From the NCBI GenBank assembly GCA_036172245.1, contig JAYWIR010000028.1, positions 62,001 to 126,000 of the forward strand: a stretch of 64,000 bases of DNA, read 5' to 3'. Positions 59,501 through 64,000 of this stretch are shown here, in pieces (position 1 is the first letter of the stretch; each line of letters begins with the position of its first letter). The stretch is from Raillietiella orientalis (taxonomy: Eukaryota). The notes below the pieces were generated by a model, which ran no database searches, was not told where the DNA came from, and saw only the letters and a list, made by a program, of their open reading frames with translations. A program made the position numbers and the translations under genes.

Positions 59501-62500
59501 CGAAAACCCCAGTGAATGAAGGTGATGACTGTGAAGATAAGGAAATTTGCAACCAGGGCAGATTACCACTCGGGGGTTTCGCGGCGCGGGGAAGGAGGGA
59601 GGGACGGGGACGGAGGAGGAAAAGGGGGGAGGGGAATTTTGCTCAATCGCTCCACACCCCATTCTGCGACCGTGCACTCCCCGGCGCGCGCGCTGTTGCC
59701 GGCCGCCTCGTTCCCTCCCCGCGGTTGTGCTGCCTCCGCTCGGCGATAAAAATCAGTTGTGACCGAGGAGGATTAGTGCGCGCGCGGGCGCAGACTTTTC
59801 GGGTGTTTGGAAACAATCAGGGCAGCCGGGACGAGGAGCGACTTCTTCCTCCGCCAGACGATTGGGGGGGAGGGGGAAGGGGGGACTCCTCGGCGCTGCG
59901 GCCGTCCCGCGTCGGATCGATCCCCTCAGCAAATTATCTCTGTTAGCATCTTGGTTGGATTTCCGGAATCGGCGGCAGCAGCAGCAGCGCTCCCATCCCC
60001 GGAGAAGCAGCGGAGGCTTCGCTTTTTCTTTTCTTTTTTTTTTTCTTCCGCTCCCTCTCCCCTTCTTTCTTCCTTCCTGCCTTCGTTTGTCCTTCTCCCG
60101 CAGCGTTATCAGGAGAAGCATCCGTTCGTTTCCCCCCTCTCCTCTTTTTTTTCTTTTAATCTCGGCTCCCGCGATCCCGTCCGGAGGAGCCCCTCGGATG
60201 ATCGCGTGCTCCGAGGAACGCACCGGGGCGCGGGAATCTCTTCGCCGCCCGCCGGCGGTAGCAGAGACATCTGGGACTCGCTCGCCCCGGCGAGGCAAAC
60301 GCCCTCTCTCGCAGCGTCACCCGCGCTTCGCAGTGCTGCGACGCCGGTCGCCCGTTGCCACGGGTTGCCGCCATTCAGCCGTCGGCGCGCTCCGCCTCTC
60401 CTGGCGCGCGCGCCGGCCTCGCAGCGCAAGCGGCCCGCGGGGGGCGAGCGGGCGCGCACACACGAGCTCCACCGCCCGCTCTCTCGTGCGCTGGCGTACC
60501 GAGCCGGCGTGTGTGTATACGCGCGTGCGAACCCATCACCACCGCTGCGCGAACCACGGGGTCCCGCGGGTGTTGTGCTGTCCGCGCGCGCGAGTGCGTA
60601 CGGATCGCCGCACGCGCGCGTCGACGCACACACCCGGCGGTCCCCGTGCGAGTCGCTGAAGCGCGCTCTCTTCCGTGATCCTCACGTGACGCTGCTGCAA
60701 CGTACGCGCGCACCCCGCGCTCCAAGCCGTACGACGGGTGGTACGGCGCGCGTGTGCCGCAGAGCGCATCACGCGTGCGTTTTCCAGCTCAGCGCATGCG
60801 TCCCCGGGCAGCCGCCTCCGCTCGCGGAAGTTTCTCCCCTGTTGCGTTCTCCCCTCCCCTCCTCCCCCGCCCCCCATTCACGTGGCGGGCGCGCAGTGGA
60901 GCGGTCCCACGCAGCACACCATCAATTCCGCACCCTTCCCATTGTTGATTCCCCTTATTCATCATGCGCATTGTTTTCGATTCCGGCTTCATAAAAATTC
61001 GGTCGTTTCCTTGGAGACGGACTGTCACCTTCGCGACGGCGTGTCACGGCGTGTCGCGCGCGCGCCTTTGCGTCTCTTTTAACTCTGCGAGCGGAAATCG
61101 GAGTTCCCGATGCGTTCTTCCCTCCCCCCCGACCACCCATCTTCGGCCGGTTGACGGGTCCAGAATTTCGGGCTACCGTGCGCGCACTCATCCCTTCCAG
61201 GAACCAGCTGGGAGCCGCCGCAGAGGGAGGGAGGAGACTGGATGGCGAGCTGGGCACTCGTCCCGGAGCTGCCTCCGTCTGGCCTCCACAAGGGCCGGAG
61301 GGGCGCGCGGAGACTTTCCTTCCTCTCCGGCCCCTCGGAGAAGTACTTGGAGGGCTCAAAGAACGCACGGATGCGGTGACGGGGATGACTCTGCCCCTCC
61401 AGCCAGGTCACTGCTGACCGCCTCAGCGGGAGAGGAAACCGAAAAGCGAGGGAAGGCATAGGAGGGCCGCTGGCGCTAGCGCGTAGTCCCTCCCTCCGCG
61501 GTCTCCTCCCAGGTCGAACGGCCCCGTTGGCGGGCGGAGGGCGGCGACTCCTGCGAGAGCAGGTCCGCTTGACCTCGAGCGCTTCGCTGAGGTAGCCGTG
61601 CTCCAGCGAGGAGGGCGGCGCCGGGACGCAGCACTGCCACGACACCTGGCAAGGGGCGCGAGGAGCAAAGCTCCCGATCAGGAGGGCGCTCCGGGCGGTT
61701 CGCCTCGCCCACCCCTCGTCCGCCTCTTCCGTTTTGAAAGGCCGCTCGGTTCTCTGGGGTGATATGGAAGGGGAATTGAGGATTTTTCTCTCTCTCCCTC
61801 TCTCCCCTAGCTCCTCCGGCAGCCCTCCGCCACCACCTGTGGGAGAGGTGAGAACCCCCGCGGTCGGCAGCCGCCGCGCATCTTCCTGGACGGAAATCGC
61901 ATCATCTTCTTCCCCCGTCTCCAAGGCAGCGCTCCGCAGGTGCCTCATCCCCGCCCGCCATTCAAGCTAAGGCGGCTTCCGGAATGGCGGTGAAGAGAAG
62001 GGAAGAGGAGGGGGGGGGGAGAAGGGGCGGACGTCCCGACAAATGAGGGTGGAAGGCGCGGTGATTTATGGTTGCGGAGAGATGAGTTGACAAGGAGGAT
62101 GCTGCGAGCGAGAGCGCGACGGAGTGTGGCATTTTCTTCCAGGGGTCCGCCGCTCCCGAGGAGGCAGAGAGACGTCGACCCCGAGAGAGGAACGCGGCTC
62201 CCGTCCGAGCCCGCGCGGGCTCGCGGGACGCTGCCACAGTCGAAGGCCGTCCATTCCCTCGCCGGGAAGGCCAGGAAGGGATCGACTCCCCGAGTCCTCC
62301 CGCCCAGCAGGTGGGACGTGGGCGGATCCTTCCTGGACTTCGCTCATTCCTTCCCTCCCCACCCCCGCGCCTTCCCTGGTCGTCGTCATCGTCGTCCCTG
62401 GAGGCCCCTCGCCCCGACGCGGACAGCCTGGAGGGGGAGCGGGGCGACTGCCAGGAGTTCCAGAGATCTCTGTGCGGTCACCGTCCTTGGTGGGGGGACA

Positions 62501-64000
62501 CGACGACGATGTCCCCCTTCCTTTATCGCAAGGGAGGTAGGGGAAGGCTCGTCCGGCAGAAGGCGCGCAGATCGAGGGGCAGATAACCGTCTCTCCTCTT
62601 CCTCCTGCTCCCTTGGCGGCTGGTCAGCTACCCCGGAGGCGGCGACAGCGTGGTCCTTTCCCCGTTCCGTTTTCCGCACCCGTCCCGCCGATCCCTCGCC
62701 ACAAGGGGGAGACCGCAAGGGGCTCGCCGAAGAGTCAGGTTACGGACCGCTTCGAGGCGGGGAGCGCCTTGGCAACCGTCTCCTGGCGCGGGGTCAGGCG
62801 GCCGGCCGGCTGTCTCCGAGGGAACAAAGCGGCTGCGGCGCTCCCCGCCGACACTGCGGGCTTCCCATTCATGGCGAGGAAAGGGGGGGAGGGGGAAGAG
62901 TGGGGCGGAACTCGGGGAACGACCCCTAGCCGCTCCTTGCTGTCCAACTCAGAGGCAGCCAATAGGAGCTGCCCCAAGGCGTGGAGGTCTGACGGGGAAA
63001 GGATAGGGGCGGGAAGGGTCGAGGACGCAAACAAACAAACAAACAAACAAACGTCTCGCGCGCGGGCAGGAGGGCAGACAGAGAATCCCAAGGCGTCTTC
63101 TCCCGGCCGACAGGAAGAAGGGGAAAGGGCAAAGGAAGGAAGCCCTGGGGAAGCTGGTGAGGGGCGAGGAGGGTGGCCCCCGCAGCCGCTCTGGAAACGG
63201 GAAGGGCGAGTCGGCTAGCAAAGAGGGCCCCGGAGAAGAGCGGCGGCATTGAGGAAGGACTTGGGGGTCAATCAGATGCCGAGCCCTAGCCAGGGTCTCC
63301 GGTCAGACCGATCCCCGAATCCCTACGACGGCGACGGCGACGGCGAACGTGCTGGTCCAGAGCAGGAAGCCGCGAAGACCCTTCATCCGCCTTCTCCTGC
63401 TTTCCTCCTTTTCCCCTCGGACATCTCTACCGAGAGCAAATGGCCCCTTCGAAGGGTTCACGGAATTAGTGCGGCCCTCCGTCACCCCCGGGAGCATCTC
63501 CCGGGAAAGGAGAGAAAGGGAACGAAGGAGCGACGGGAAGTCGCGTCGTTCCCCTGTTCTCCCTTCCCATTATCTTTCCTGCTCCTTGAGGGTGCGAGGG
63601 AAGGGAGGAGCAACGGCGGCACGTTCGAGAGGGCTTCCCCGGGCGCTCACGGGTCCGCTCATGAGGAAAACCGGGGGCCGGCCTATCGAGACCTCTTCTG
63701 GAAAATGAAGGGGTGCGCGAAGTAAAGTTGTTCCCGTCTGAGAAGGGCCCTCAGATGGGGGGGGAGGAAGTCGACTGGTCTTCTCCGCCTCCCCACTCCT
63801 TTTTCCGCAATCCCTAGCTCCCAGGAAGCGCCCAGGGGCACGACCTCGCGTGAGCCGCATGAGGCGGAGCATGGTGGGGAGCTGCCCGTCTCCTTCCCTT
63901 CCCCTTCCTCCCCCTGGATGATGAGGTCCGCCGCCGACAGCAGCATCCTAGAGAGGTAGGCGCTCCAACCTCCGGGAATTCCCTCACCCTCCTCCCAGCA

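Noticed and set aside
22000..64000. Hundreds of long overlapping ORFs (up to 480 aa) rich in R, G, P and A
   Set aside because: Expected from stop-codon scarcity at high GC. They occur in all six frames, run through homopolymers and microsatellites, and have no recognisable domains.
1..64000. CRISPR arrays, operons, defence systems, rRNA or tRNA
   Set aside because: The sequence is intron-containing eukaryotic DNA. No repeat-spacer arrays or structural RNA signatures were seen by eye; a covariance-model scan was not possible.

Overview
Eukaryotic (animal) genomic DNA with short spliceosomal introns; several TTTCAG-type acceptors suggest a nematode-like invertebrate, but the taxon cannot be fixed from the sequence. 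Order of features: (1) an unidentified multi-exon gene on the minus strand (~1-2.3 kb). (2) Divergent from it, a 20-exon EHBP1 orthologue on the plus strand (3200-12448; NT-C2, CH and bMERB domains, CaaX end; ~910 aa by my splice model). (3) A ~17 kb stretch with no identifiable gene. (4) Two tandem Otx/orthodenticle (K50) homeobox genes on the minus strand (29900-31451+ and 46004-47144), convergent with EHBP1. Base composition changes from AT-rich to very GC-rich starting inside EHBP1; most long ORFs in the GC-rich part are spurious. Main observations: the two otherwise diverged Otx paralogues share a 168-bp near-identical tract with a 100% identical 54-nt in-frame intron in the recognition helix, and that intron has three in-frame acceptors 12 nt apart; EHBP1 intron 2 appears to need a non-canonical GA donor; the EHBP1-Otx linkage known from vertebrates is present; Otx-type TAATCC sites are enriched between the two Otx genes. 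No prokaryotic systems, CRISPR arrays, rRNA or tRNA were recognised.
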